Of a stretch of DNA of 64,000 nt, positions 29,826 to 40,929 are shown piece after piece. Made by a program: the position numbers and the translations under genes. Each line of letters begins with the position of its first letter. Position 1 is the stretch's first letter. The notes beneath the pieces were generated by a model. The model saw nothing but the letters and a program-made list of their open reading frames with translations, ran no database searches and was not told the origin of the DNA. Source of the DNA: Hydrogenophaga intermedia (lineage in GTDB: Bacteria > Pseudomonadota > Gammaproteobacteria > Burkholderiales > Burkholderiaceae_C); the NCBI GenBank assembly GCA_943372305.1, contig CALRYD010000017.1, positions 11,321 to 75,320 of the forward strand, in the 5' to 3' direction.

Positions 29826-30666
29826 GGGCGTCTTCCTCGCGGGGGTGTGCCGGGGCCGGGGGCACAGGGGCCGGGCGCCACCGCGGCGGCAGCAGTGCGG
29901 CCAGGCCGCCGGGCACCGACGGCAGGCTCAGCGTGCGCGCCAGCGGCGGGCCGGGGCGTTTGAGCACATCGACCTGCAGCGACCAGGGGCCGTCGTCCGC
30001 CCCCGCCGCCCCCACCCGCACCAGCAGGCGCAGCGGTGCGGCCGAGGCTTCACGCGCCGCGGCTTGCGGTCGGCACACGAACACCGGGCCCTGCGCCGCG
30101 CCGGCAAGCACCTGCAGGCGGCGCAGCTGCTCGGGCCGGGCCTGCGGCAGCCAGGCCACCAGCACGCCCGGCGCGCGGGCCTTGAGCAGCTGCTCGGTGG
30201 TCCACAGGCGTTCGGCCGTGGTGTCGGCCTGCAGCCAGACCAGACCGCGTTCGCTGATGCCGTCGGCCCGCAGGCCGGGCGGGTGCGGGCGGTGCGGCGG
30301 CCCGACCAGCAGCACCGGGCTGGCGGCGGCCAGGCGGGCCGCGCCACCGGCGGAGCACAGGGTGCGCAGCAGCGGCGCGAGCAGGCGCCATTCCAGCGTG
30401 CCGGGCTGGGGGCACAGCAGCTCGGTCAGGCCCTGGCAGGGCCAGCCGCCGCCGGGCAAGGCAGCGTCGAGCACGTCAAAGCCGCTGGACCGGGTGGGCA
30501 GGGCCGCACGGCCCAGCTGGTCGCCGCGCCAGACGGCGGCGGCCACGGCCGGCGGCAGGGCGGCCACAGTCGACAAGGCCGCCTCAAGGGCGGCCGTGGC
30601 GGGGGGTGGGTGGGCCAGCGGCGGGGCGGCCGCTGGCGGCGGGACAAGGGGCAACATGGTGCCCAC
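29782..30666 (-). CDS. imuA: translesion DNA synthesis-associated protein ImuA (RecA/SulA-like)
   Basis: 294 aa with the ...SGFDVLDAALPGGGWPCQGLTELL... motif typical of ImuA. It is the first gene after the LexA box. Start is GTG at 30666 or ATG at 30657. Confidence 0.82.
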   Translation of the reverse strand: MGTMLPLVPPPAAAPPLAHPPPATAALEAALSTVAALPPAVAAAVWRGDQLGRAALPTRSSGFDVLDAALPGGGWPCQGLTELLCPQPGTLEWRLLAPLLRTLCSAGGAARLAAASPVLLVGPPHRPHPPGLRADGISERGLVWLQADTTAERLWTTEQLLKARAPGVLVAWLPQARPEQLRRLQVLAGAAQGPVFVCRPQAAAREASAAPLRLLVRVGAAGADDGPWSLQVDVLKRPGPPLARTLSLPSVPGGLAALLPPRWRPAPVPPAPAHPREEDAHVVVRPAAAPAAWH

Positions 30667-30681
30667 ATGATAGACCTGTAA

Positions 30682-30697
30682 CTGTATTTTTGTACAG
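30682..30697. promoter_or_regulatory. LexA (SOS) box upstream of imuA
   Basis: CTGTATTTTTGTACAG matches the CTGT-N8-ACAG consensus of beta/gammaproteobacteria, about 16 nt upstream of the imuA start. Confidence 0.85.
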
Positions 30698-30729
30698 TAT
30701 TTTGATGGGCAACCCTGTGCCCGCCCGGC

Positions 30730-32928
30730 TCAGCGGCGGGATGGTGCGCCGGGGCTGCGCCAGGCCCCAGGGGTGGTCAGGCGGTCTTCCAGCGTGTTGA
30801 CCCAGCCCGGCGCGCGCGGGTCGTGGCCCCAGCCGGCCACCGTGTCGGCCATGGGCTGGAGCACCCGCTCGGGCAAGGCCAGCGGGCGGGTCTGGTCCAT
30901 CAGGAAACGGGTGAGCAGGTGGTACCCCAGCACCCGGGTGAACAGGCGCGAAAGCGAGAAGCCCGGCACGACGAGACGCACCAGACCATCGACCAGCCCG
31001 ATCAGCAGGCGGCCGGCAGTGAACAGCAGCCGGGTCGCCCACGGCACCCGGCCGTCCACCCCGATGGCCGCGGCCACGTCCGGGCCGATCAGCCAGCGGG
31101 TCAGCGGCACCGGCAGGCCGCGCACCACCGGCAGGGCGATGCTGCGCGCCATGGTCTGCATGAGGGCGCGGCCCAGCGCGGGCCGCGCGTCCACCGGACC
31201 GACCTGCTGCGGCGCGAGCGACTGGATGCGCGCAAACAGCGCGGCCGCTTCTTCCATGGTGTCGGCCATCAGTTCGCGCCGCACCCCCAGCACATGGCCC
31301 ACCACGTTCCAGGCGTGCAGGTAGGCCTGCTCGTCGGCCGGCGGCAGGCGCAGCCCCAGCGTGCGCAGGCCCTGGAGGAAGCTGTAGCCGAAGGTCAGCA
31401 GGGTGTAGGCCAGTTCGACCTGGTTGCACGGCAGGCCCTGGCGTTGCACGTCCCAGCCGTGGGCCGTGAGCGCGGCGTGCATGCTGCCAGCGCCGGCGCT
31501 GGCGGGCCCGGGCTCGACCCGGCCGCGCACCTGGGCCGGGTCGCCGTGCAGGATCAGATGGCGGATGGTGGCGTGGATCAGGCGCACCTTGAGCACCTGG
31601 GCCACGCCGGCGCCGTCGGGGCTCATGAGGCCGCCCTTCATCATCACCGGGAAGACCATGGCCGCGGTCTGGCGGATGCGGTGCTCGGTGTGCCGCTCCA
31701 GCTGCCCGGCGATGTGCAGCACCTCGGACAGGTGGGGCAGCACGTAACACTCGGGCAGGCTGGCGCAAAAGAGCAAGGTGCACGAGAGCGGCCCGTGTTC
31801 CATGAAGAGCGCCTCGGCCCGCTCGACCTTGGCCGCGTCGGCCCAGGGTGGCAGCTGCCGCCCTTCGTGCGCATAGTGGGTCAGGGTGGCGACCACCAGC
31901 GGGTCGTCGGCCGGCGTGGCGCCCGGAACTCCGTCGACAAGCGCGCCGTTGTGGCTCCAGCCGGCCATGAGCCGGGTGGCCGCCGCCAGGCGGGCGGCGC
32001 CAGGGCCCTCAGCCGCACCGCCCTCGCTCCAGGGGCCGATGAGCTGGGCCACCGCCTGATCGGCGAACGGGTCGGCCTGCAGGGCCATGGCGTCCAGCGA
32101 CACGGCGGACCGTTCAGGCGCTGCCGGGGCCACGGCGGCGGGGTGCGACCACTGCCACCACGCCACCAGCGCCAGCAGCGTGGGCAGGCCCATGGCAAAG
32201 AAGGCGATGGCGCGCACCTCGACCGGATGGCCCCAGCACAGCTGGAACACCAGGCCACTGGCGTAGATGCCGATGGGCAGCAGCGCGGCGTGGCGCACCG
32301 TGCGCAGCGCCGGCACGGGCACCCGCCGGGGATCGGCCAGCGCCTGGAAGGCCGCCACGATCAGCAGCCCCACCACCATCCAGCCGGCAAAGCCCTGCAG
32401 GGTTTCGCCGAACCAGCCCCCGTCGGTCTTGTGCATGACCCAGGCCTTGAGCACGAAGACGAAATACGGATCGGCGCCGAGGTCGAAAGCGGTCACGATC
32501 ATCGCGGCCAGCCAGGCCGTCAGCAGGCCGCTGCGGAACGTGGGCGAGGCGTGCACCGGCGTGCGCCAGAGCAGCAGGCTGGCCATGACGTAGCCCACCA
32601 GGCACAGGGCGAACCACATCAGGGGGATCGCCAGCGGCACATCGCCCAGGCGCGGGCCCAGCACCTCGGTGTAGGTGTAGCGGCCAAAGAACCAGCCTCG
32701 GGACGAACCCATCTGCTCGGCGAACCAGCCCAGCCCCAGGCCCAGCACGGCCAGCGTGCGGGCAGCGCGGACGCCCAGCAGCCGGTGCGCGCTCCAGAAG
32801 GCTGCCCAGAACAGCGCCACACAGGCCACCACCAGCGCCAGGGTGAGCGGGGGATACCGCCAGCCGGTGAACAGCACCAGCGCCACCGACAACCCCGCCA
32901 CCAGGGCCACAGACCATCCCGATTTCAT
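30730..32928 (-). CDS. fusion protein: N-terminal DUF422 (carotenoid-biosynthesis-protein-like) membrane domain plus C-terminal DUF2236/MpaB-like oxygenase domain
   Basis: About 732 aa from the ATG at 32928. The N-terminal roughly 300 aa are polytopic (FGRYTYTEVLGPRLGDVPLAIPLMWF). The C-terminal half has the DUF2236-like pattern (HRIRQTAAMVF...KVRLIHATIRH). Domain calls come from motif memory, not a search. Confidence 0.6.
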   Translation of the reverse strand: MKSGWSVALVAGLSVALVLFTGWRYPPLTLALVVACVALFWAAFWSAHRLLGVRAARTLAVLGLGLGWFAEQMGSSRGWFFGRYTYTEVLGPRLGDVPLAIPLMWFALCLVGYVMASLLLWRTPVHASPTFRSGLLTAWLAAMIVTAFDLGADPYFVFVLKAWVMHKTDGGWFGETLQGFAGWMVVGLLIVAAFQALADPRRVPVPALRTVRHAALLPIGIYASGLVFQLCWGHPVEVRAIAFFAMGLPTLLALVAWWQWSHPAAVAPAAPERSAVSLDAMALQADPFADQAVAQLIGPWSEGGAAEGPGAARLAAATRLMAGWSHNGALVDGVPGATPADDPLVVATLTHYAHEGRQLPPWADAAKVERAEALFMEHGPLSCTLLFCASLPECYVLPHLSEVLHIAGQLERHTEHRIRQTAAMVFPVMMKGGLMSPDGAGVAQVLKVRLIHATIRHLILHGDPAQVRGRVEPGPASAGAGSMHAALTAHGWDVQRQGLPCNQVELAYTLLTFGYSFLQGLRTLGLRLPPADEQAYLHAWNVVGHVLGVRRELMADTMEEAAALFARIQSLAPQQVGPVDARPALGRALMQTMARSIALPVVRGLPVPLTRWLIGPDVAAAIGVDGRVPWATRLLFTAGRLLIGLVDGLVRLVVPGFSLSRLFTRVLGYHLLTRFLMDQTRPLALPERVLQPMADTVAGWGHDPRAPGWVNTLEDRLTTPGAWRSPGAPSRR

Positions 32929-33216
32929 CGAACCCGTCACAGAGCCTCGCACAGAAAAAACGCATCGGCTCCCTGCCGCACCGGTCACCGGACGGACGCC
33001 GGTGCCTCGCTGTTTTGCTCGCTGCCCTGCTACCGCCCACGCAGAGGGCGCCCATTATGGGCGCGAGGTGCGCGGCGCCACCAGCACTGATGCCCAGAGC
33101 CGTGGCCTGCCCTGCGACGGGGCTGTCATCGCTGGTGATGTTCCACCGGGGAGGGTCGTCGGGCCGGGCAAAGCCACTTTCAGCAACAAAAAGTGCACCC
33201 GATCCGCCGCCCCGGT

Positions 33217-33246
33217 CTTGAAAAGGCCTGGGGTCGCCCTTATCAT
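33217..33246 (+). promoter_or_regulatory. sigma-32-like heat-shock promoter of groESL
   Basis: CTTGAAA-N13-CCCTTATCAT resembles the CTTGAAA-N13/14-CCCCATNT consensus. Confidence 0.55.
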
Positions 33247-33272
33247 TAGCACTCGCTGGAGTTGAGTGCTAA
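33246..33272 (+). promoter_or_regulatory. CIRCE element (HrcA operator)
   Basis: TTAGCACTC-N9-GAGTGCTAA, a perfect match to the CIRCE consensus, 77 nt upstream of groES. Confidence 0.9.
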
Positions 33273-33348
33273 CACTGCTCCAAGTGACCGACGGGTCCAA
33301 CCCGACCCGTCCCTCCCTTTTCCCTTTCGTTCTATTTCAGGAGATGCA

Positions 33349-33639
33349 ATGAACCTTCGTCCTCTCGCCGATCGCGTGATCGTCAAGCGCATTGACAGCG
33401 AAACCAAGACCGCCTCGGGCATCGTCATCCCCGACGCCGCCGCCGAGAAGCCCGACCAGGGCGAGATCCTGGCCGTCGGTCCCGGCAAGAAAAACGACAA
33501 AGGCGAACTCTCGGCCATGAACGTCAAGGTCGGTGACCGCGTTCTGTTCGGCAAGTACAGCGGCCAGACCGTCAAAGTCGACGGCAACGAACTGCTGGTC
33601 ATGAAGGAAGACGACCTGTTCGCGGTCGTCGAGAAGTAA
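33349..33639 (+). CDS. groES: co-chaperonin GroES
   Basis: 96 aa from the ATG at 33349 ([14 protein letters not shown]...GIVIPD...[11 protein letters not shown]). Confidence 0.97.
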   Translation: MNLRPLADRVIVKRIDSETKTASGIVIPDAAAEKPDQGEILAVGPGKKNDKGELSAMNVKVGDRVLFGKYSGQTVKVDGNELLVMKEDDLFAVVEK

Positions 33640-33671
33640 TTCTTCTTCCCTCATCCATCCCCATTTACTGA

Positions 33672-35333
<1,662 letters not shown>

Positions 35334-35477
35334 TGCCTCTCCTTGCCTGAGGGCGCATGGCGGCGTTGCAGCCGCTTGCCGTGGCGATGCCACTGTCAGC
35401 GCGTCTGCGCCTTGCCCTGCACCCTCATGCTGCGTCGGATCACATCACTGTGGGCCGACAAACCCCCAAAGAAAAAA

Positions 35478-35506
35478 CCCCGCGAATCGCTTCGCGGGGT
35501 TTTTTC
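35478..35506. terminator. Rho-independent (bidirectional-looking) terminator between groEL and tal
   Basis: CCCCGCGAA-TCGC-TTCGCGGGG, flanked by an A-run on the 5' side and TTTTTT on the 3' side. Confidence 0.75.
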
Positions 35507-35672
35507 ATTGTGGAACCGTTTCCGAACGCAAACAGCGTGAGCGTTCGGGTTGGACAGGCGGCGATTTGCTGGCGCGCAGCGACTGATGAGCCGCCTGGCC
35601 AGCCCGGGCGCTCACGCGCCGCAGGCCAAAGAACCCGCTGGCAAGCCAAGAGGCAAGCCACCGAAGAAAAGA

Positions 35673-36614
35673 TCAGCGCATCATGCCTTCCAGCTTGATC
35701 GTGTCCACCACAAACGCGCGGATGCCCTCGGCCAGCTTCTCGGTGGCCATCGCGTCTTCGTTCAGCGCAAAGCGGAACGCCGCTTCGTCGTACTGAACAA
35801 ACGGAATGTCCATCGTCTTGGCCTCCCCGGCGTCCAGCGCCTGGGTCAATGGCGCTTCGCTGGCCGCCAGCTGGGCCAGCAGATCCGGGCTGATGGTCAG
35901 CAGGTCGCAACCGGCCAGCGCGGTGATCTGGCCCACGTTGCGGAAGCTCGCGCCCATCACCTCGGTGGCGATGCCGTGCTTCTTGTAGAAGTTGTAGATG
36001 TTGCGCACCGACTGCACGCCCGGGTCGTTGGCGCCGGCCATGGCGGCTTCGTCCCAGCCGGCGCCGGCCTGCTTCTTGTACCAGTCGTAGATGCGGCCGA
36101 CAAACGGCGAAATCAGTTGCACCTTGGCCTGACCGCACGCCACCGCCTGGCAGAACGAGAACAGCAGCGTCAGGTTGGTGTGGATGCCATCGCGCTCCAG
36201 GCGCGCGGCGGCCTGGATGCCCTCCCACGTCGACGCGATCTTGATCAGCACGCGGTCCACGTGCACGCCCTCGCCCTGGTACAGGTCGATGATGCGGCGC
36301 GCGCGCGTCACGGTAGCTTCGGTGTCGAAGCTCAGGCGCGCATCCACTTCGGTGGAGACGCGGCCGGGGATGTGCTGGAGGATCTCGCAGCCAAACGCCA
36401 CCAGCAGGCGGTTCATCACCTCGTCCTTGCCCTGTGCGCTGTACTTCGCCACCGCGTCCTGCAGCAGGTGGGCGTACTCGGGCTTCTGCACCGCCTTGAG
36501 GATGAGCGAGGGGTTGGTGGTGGCATCGCGCGGGGTGAACGCGGCGATCTGCTTGAAATCGCCGGTGTCGGCAACGACGGTGGTGAACTGTTTGAGGGCT
36601 TCGAGCTGGTTCAT
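35673..36614 (-). CDS. tal: transaldolase B
   Basis: 313 aa ([20 protein letters not shown]...[11 protein letters not shown]...). Confidence 0.95.
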   Translation of the reverse strand: MNQLEALKQFTTVVADTGDFKQIAAFTPRDATTNPSLILKAVQKPEYAHLLQDAVAKYSAQGKDEVMNRLLVAFGCEILQHIPGRVSTEVDARLSFDTEATVTRARRIIDLYQGEGVHVDRVLIKIASTWEGIQAAARLERDGIHTNLTLLFSFCQAVACGQAKVQLISPFVGRIYDWYKKQAGAGWDEAAMAGANDPGVQSVRNIYNFYKKHGIATEVMGASFRNVGQITALAGCDLLTISPDLLAQLAASEAPLTQALDAGEAKTMDIPFVQYDEAAFRFALNEDAMATEKLAEGIRAFVVDTIKLEGMMR

Positions 36615-36674
36615 GGTCAGATCTCAGGGTTGACGAGGTTTCACGAAAACATGTAACTGGGTTACCATTTTCGC

Positions 36675-37523
36675 ATGTTAGACCGCATCAAAGCCTCATT
36701 GCCCTCACTGGCCCCTGCCGAACAGCGCGTGGGCAAGCTCGTGCTGCTCGACCCGCGCACCTTCGCCAGCCTGCCGGTAGCCGAACTGGCCGACCGCGCC
36801 CACGTGAGCAAACCGACCGTGGTGCGCTTTTGCCGCAGCATGGGCTACGACGGCCTGTCGGACTTCAAGCTCAAGCTCGCCGGCACCGTGAGCGAGGGCG
36901 TGCCCTTCATCCACCGCAGCGTGGACGTGGACGACAAGGTGGGCGACGTGCTGGTCAAGGTGATCGACAACACCGTGGCCGCCTTCCTCAAGTACCGCAA
37001 CGACGCGTCCACCCATTCCATCGAGAAAGCGGTGGACGCCCTGCTGGCGACGTACAAGAACAAGGGCCGTATCGAGTTCTACGGCGCCGGCAACTCCGGC
37101 ATCGTGGCGCAGGACGCACAGCACAAGTTTTTCCGCCTGGGCATCAACGCCATCGCCTACAGCGACGGCCACATGCAGGTGATGAGCGCCTCGCTGCTGG
37201 GCCCCGGCGACTGCCTGGTGATCGTGTCCAACTCGGGCCGCACGCGCGACCTGATGGACGCAGCCGATATCGCACGCAAGCATGGCGCCACGGTGATCGT
37301 GGTCACCGCCAGCGGCTCGCCGCTGGCCACGGCTGGCCACATCCACCTCGCCGCCGATCACCCCGAGGGCTACGACCGCTACAGCCCCATGACCTCGCGC
37401 CTGATGCACCTGATGGTGATCGACGTGGTGGCCACCTGCCTGGCGCTGCGCATCGGGGGCAGCAAGCTGCAGCCGCTGCTCAAGGAAATGAAGAACAACC
37501 TGAGGAGTAAGCGCTACGCCTGA
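36675..37523 (+). CDS. hexR: RpiR/HexR family transcriptional regulator (HTH plus SIS domain)
   Basis: 282 aa with an N-terminal HTH_6 (VAELADRAHVSKPTVVRFCRSMGYDG) and a SIS domain (FYGAGNSGIVAQDA). Divergent from tal. Confidence 0.85.
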   Translation: MLDRIKASLPSLAPAEQRVGKLVLLDPRTFASLPVAELADRAHVSKPTVVRFCRSMGYDGLSDFKLKLAGTVSEGVPFIHRSVDVDDKVGDVLVKVIDNTVAAFLKYRNDASTHSIEKAVDALLATYKNKGRIEFYGAGNSGIVAQDAQHKFFRLGINAIAYSDGHMQVMSASLLGPGDCLVIVSNSGRTRDLMDAADIARKHGATVIVVTASGSPLATAGHIHLAADHPEGYDRYSPMTSRLMHLMVIDVVATCLALRIGGSKLQPLLKEMKNNLRSKRYA

Positions 37524-37550
37524 CCGTGCGCGCTGCGCACAGGTCCAGCG

Positions 37551-37633
37551 CCCCCCTGCGCCGCTGACGCGGCTTCCCCCCTGAGGGGGGACGATGCCTG
37601 CGGCTCGGCTGAGCCGAAGCCACGGCATCCTGG
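37551..37633 (+). repeat. GC-rich REP-like palindromic element (family copy A)
   Basis: CCCCCCTGCGCCGCTGACGCGGCTTCCCCCCTGAGGGGGGACG...GGCATCCTGG. It shares its 5' block and its ...CCTGG end with copies at 57005, 58231, 59062 and (inverted) 40826. A degenerate inverted partial copy follows at about 37679-37745. Confidence 0.75.
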
Positions 37634-37795
37634 ACTGAACTCACCCCGCACCGGGCACGACTCAGGACGATGGGTGCTTCCCGCAGCGAAATAAAGGGGG
37701 AGGCCCGCGCAGCGGGCCGGAGGACATTCGCGGAGGGGAGCGCCCATCGTCCGCTTCAACGCCCAGACGTTTGAGCGCCCTGCTCCGCCTGAGCG

Positions 37796-38875
37796 TCAAA
37801 TCCGCCCTTCCTTCACCGCGTGACAGGCGATGCGCACGCCGCCGATGGTCTGCAACGTGGGCCGCTCGTTGCGGCAACGGTCGTTCACATGCGGGCAGCG
37901 CGGGTTGAAAGCGCAACCGCTGGGTGGGTTCAGCGGGTTGGGCACTTCGCCCTGCACCGGCGTGCGCGCCCGGCCGGTGTCGTGCATCTTCGGAATCGCG
38001 TCCAGCAGCATGCGCGTGTAGGGGTGGCGCGGGCTGTCGAACAGGGTGTGCTTGGGTGCCAGTTCCACCAGACGGCCGAGGTACATCACGCCCACCTGGT
38101 CGCTCACGTGCCGCACCACCGCCAAGTTGTGGCTGATGAACAGATACGTCAGGCCTTGCTGGCGCTGCAGGTCTTTCATGATGTTGAGCACCTGCGCCTG
38201 CACGCTCACGTCCAGCGCGCTGGTGGGCTCGTCGCACACCAGAAACTCCGGCTGCGTGGCCAGCGCGCGCGCGATGGAGATGCGCTGGCGCTGACCGCCG
38301 CTGAACTGGTGCGGGTACTTCACCCGGTCGGCCGCGGCCAGCCCGACGGACTGCAACAGCTCTTCCACCCGCGCGCGCAGGGCATCCGCGTCGCTGAGCA
38401 GGCCGTGTTCGATCAAGGGCTCGGCGATAATGTCCTCCACCCGCCAGCGCGGGTTCAGGCTCGCGTACGGGTCCTGGAAAATCATCTGGATGCGCCGACG
38501 CAGCTGCCGGCCCTGCGGCGTCTTGAAGGCGGCGTGTGCGTCCTGCCCGTCGAACTCGAAGCCACCGCGCGTGGGTTCGTACAAGCCCACGAGCAGACGG
38601 GCCACGGTGCTCTTACCGCAACCCGACTCGCCCACCAGCGCCAGCGTCTGGCCTTTGGGAATGTCGAAGCTCACACCGTCGACCGCACGCAGCAACTGCC
38701 GCGGCTGGCGTTCCAGCACGCGGTTGAGCCAGGGCGCGGACACGTCGAAGGTCTTGGCCAGGTCGGTGGCGCGCACCAGCGGGGCGGGTGTGGGAACCGG
38801 CTGGACAGGGGAGGACTCTGGGGGGGCCGCGTGGGCGGCGTGGGCTTGCAGCACGGCTTTCTCGATCAGGCTCAT
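37796..38875 (-). CDS. peptide ABC transporter ATP-binding protein (DppF/OppF-like)
   Basis: About 359 aa from the ATG at 38875. Walker [10 protein letters not shown], signature FSGGQRQR, Walker [13 protein letters not shown] and a C-terminal oligopeptide-type extension. ATGA overlap with the upstream ATPase gene. Confidence 0.9.
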   Translation of the reverse strand: MSLIEKAVLQAHAAHAAPPESSPVQPVPTPAPLVRATDLAKTFDVSAPWLNRVLERQPRQLLRAVDGVSFDIPKGQTLALVGESGCGKSTVARLLVGLYEPTRGGFEFDGQDAHAAFKTPQGRQLRRRIQMIFQDPYASLNPRWRVEDIIAEPLIEHGLLSDADALRARVEELLQSVGLAAADRVKYPHQFSGGQRQRISIARALATQPEFLVCDEPTSALDVSVQAQVLNIMKDLQRQQGLTYLFISHNLAVVRHVSDQVGVMYLGRLVELAPKHTLFDSPRHPYTRMLLDAIPKMHDTGRARTPVQGEVPNPLNPPSGCAFNPRCPHVNDRCRNERPTLQTIGGVRIACHAVKEGRI

Positions 38876-39867
38876 GCAGCCTCTCCAACGGTTTGCACAC
38901 TGGACGCGTCGTGCAGCCAGCAGGCCGCCCGCGTCGCGCCGGCGGACATCAGCTCGGGGCGCTGTTCGTGGCAACGGTCAAAGCCCCGGTCGCAGCGCGG
39001 GTTGTAGGCGCAGCCCCGCGGGATGGCGTTCAGGCGCGGCATGGCGCCGTCGATCTGGTGCAGGCGTTCGCGGTCCACGCTCATGTCGGGAATGCAGGCC
39101 ATCAGGCCCTTGGTGTACGGATGGGCCGGGTGGTTGATGACCTCGTGCACCGGGCCGATCTCGGCGATGCGGCCGGCGTACATCACAGCCACGCGGTCGC
39201 AGGTTTCGGCGATCACACCCATGTCGTGAGTGATCAGCATGACCGCGGCGCCCCGCTCTTTGCAGATGGTCTTGAGCAGGGTGATGATCTGCGCCTGGAT
39301 CGACACGTCCAGCGCGGTGGTGGGCTCGTCGGCCACGATCAGGCGCGGTTCGGCCGCCAGCGCCAGGGCGATCACCACGCGCTGGCGCATGCCACCACTG
39401 AACTGGTGCGGGTAGTGGTCGATGCGCTGCTCGGCCGCGGGAATGCCGGTGTCGCGCAGCAGCTGGATGGCGCGCTCGCGCGCCTCGGCCTGGCTCACCG
39501 GTAAATGCGTGGTGATGGTCTCCATGAGCTGGCGACCCACCGAGTACAGCGGGTTCAGCGAGGTCAGCGGGTCCTGGAAGATGGCGCCGATCTGGCGGCC
39601 GCGCACCTGGCGCATCTGCTCGGGCGGGAGGTTGTCGATGCGCCGGCCTTCCAGCACGATCTCACCGCTGGCCACGCGGCCGGGTGGCTCCAGCAGGCCG
39701 ATGATGGAGGCGCCGGTGAGAGACTTGCCGGCACCCGACTCGCCCACCACACCCAGGATCTCGCCGGGCGCGATGTCGAAGGAAATGTCGTCCAGCGCGC
39801 GCAGCGTGCCGCGGCGGTTCGGAAACTCGACCACCAGGTTTTTGACTTGAAGAAGGCTCATGCTCAT
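38872..39867 (-). CDS. peptide ABC transporter ATP-binding protein (DppD/OppD-like)
   Basis: 331 aa from the ATG at 39867 ([11 protein letters not shown]...). Motifs [16 protein letters not shown] and [11 protein letters not shown]. Confidence 0.9.
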   Translation of the reverse strand: MSMSLLQVKNLVVEFPNRRGTLRALDDISFDIAPGEILGVVGESGAGKSLTGASIIGLLEPPGRVASGEIVLEGRRIDNLPPEQMRQVRGRQIGAIFQDPLTSLNPLYSVGRQLMETITTHLPVSQAEARERAIQLLRDTGIPAAEQRIDHYPHQFSGGMRQRVVIALALAAEPRLIVADEPTTALDVSIQAQIITLLKTICKERGAAVMLITHDMGVIAETCDRVAVMYAGRIAEIGPVHEVINHPAHPYTKGLMACIPDMSVDRERLHQIDGAMPRLNAIPRGCAYNPRCDRGFDRCHEQRPELMSAGATRAACWLHDASSVQTVGEAA

Positions 39868-40775
39868 CGCAGTCTCGGGTTCAATGCATCGCGCAGCCAG
39901 TCGCCCAGCAGGTTCACCGACAGGGCGATCACCACCAGCACGGCACCGGGGAAGATGGTGATCCACCACTCGCCCGAGAACAGGTAATCGTTGCCGACGC
40001 GGATCAGCGTGCCCAGCGAGGGCGACGTGGGCGGTGCGCCCACGCCCAGGAAGGACAGCGTGGCCTCGGTGAGGATCGCCGTGGCCACCTGGATCGTGGC
40101 CAGCACCAGCACCGGGCCCATCACGTTGGGCAGCACATGCCGGCGCATGATGCGCAGCGGCGCCACACCGGTCACGCGCGCGGCCTGCACATATTCTTTG
40201 TTGCGCTCCACCAGTGTGGAGCCGCGCACCGTGCGCGCGTACTGCACCCAGCCGGTGAGTGTGATGGAGAGGATGAGCACACCGAAGGCCAGGGTATCGT
40301 GCGCGTTGGGGAACAGCGCTCGCCCCACGCCGGCGATCAGCAGGGCGACCAGGATGGCGGGGAAAGACAGCATCACGTCGCACACGCGCATGAGCAGGCT
40401 GTCCACCCAGCCACCCAGAAAACCGGCCAGCAGCCCCAGGGTCACGCCGATCACCACCGACAGGATCACCGAAGCCAGTCCCACCGCCAGCGAGATGCGC
40501 GCGCCATACATCAGCGCCGAGAGGATGTCGCGCCCCTGGTCATCGGTGCCCAGGGCAAAGGCAGGGTTGCCCCCCTCGCTCCACGAGGGCGGCAGGCGCG
40601 CGTTGGACAACTCCAGCGAAGCCAGATCGAACGGGTTGTGGGGTGCGATCCACGGCGCGAACACGGCACAGACCACGCAGACCAACGCGATCGACGCCGC
40701 CACGATGGCCGTGGGCGAGGTGCGGAAACTGTGGCCAACATCGCTGTCGAGCCAGCGGCGAAGTAAGGCAATCAA
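39864..40775 (-). CDS. peptide ABC transporter permease (DppC-like)
   Basis: 303 aa with six predicted TM segments and the binding-protein-dependent transport EAA region (EYVQAARVTGVAPLRIMRRHVLPN). Confidence 0.9.
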   Translation of the reverse strand: MIALLRRWLDSDVGHSFRTSPTAIVAASIALVCVVCAVFAPWIAPHNPFDLASLELSNARLPPSWSEGGNPAFALGTDDQGRDILSALMYGARISLAVGLASVILSVVIGVTLGLLAGFLGGWVDSLLMRVCDVMLSFPAILVALLIAGVGRALFPNAHDTLAFGVLILSITLTGWVQYARTVRGSTLVERNKEYVQAARVTGVAPLRIMRRHVLPNVMGPVLVLATIQVATAILTEATLSFLGVGAPPTSPSLGTLIRVGNDYLFSGEWWITIFPGAVLVVIALSVNLLGDWLRDALNPRLR

Positions 40776-40825
40776 GGGAACACTTTCGAGAGAACGGATA
40801 TCCGCAAGAAGAGGGGGTGTCGGTT

Positions 40826-40896
40826 CCAGGGCCAGCGCGGAACCGGCTCCGCCGGGCCGCTGCTGGCGTCCCCCTGGGGGGGAAGCCGCGCAGCGG
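40826..40896 (-). repeat. GC-rich REP-like element (family copy, inverted orientation)
   Basis: The reverse complement reads CCCCCCTGTGCCGCTGCGCGGCTTCCCCCCAGGGGGACG...GGCCCTGG. It lies intergenic between the binding-protein gene and the dppC-like gene. Confidence 0.7.
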
Positions 40897-40929
40897 CACA
40901 GGGGGGTTGCCGATCCCGCGCGGGGGTGT

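Noticed and set aside
25599-29963. 1454-aa plus-strand ORF, the longest in the track
   Set aside because: It runs antisense to dnaE2 and imuB, is Arg/Gly/Ala/His-rich and low-complexity with no motifs, and the opposite strand has unmistakable DnaE2 and ImuB sequence. It is a typical high-GC shadow ORF.
35343-35700. Small ORFs (65-113 aa) between groEL and tal
   Set aside because: They span the terminator hairpin, have no motifs or credible RBS, and their composition fits non-coding GC-rich DNA.
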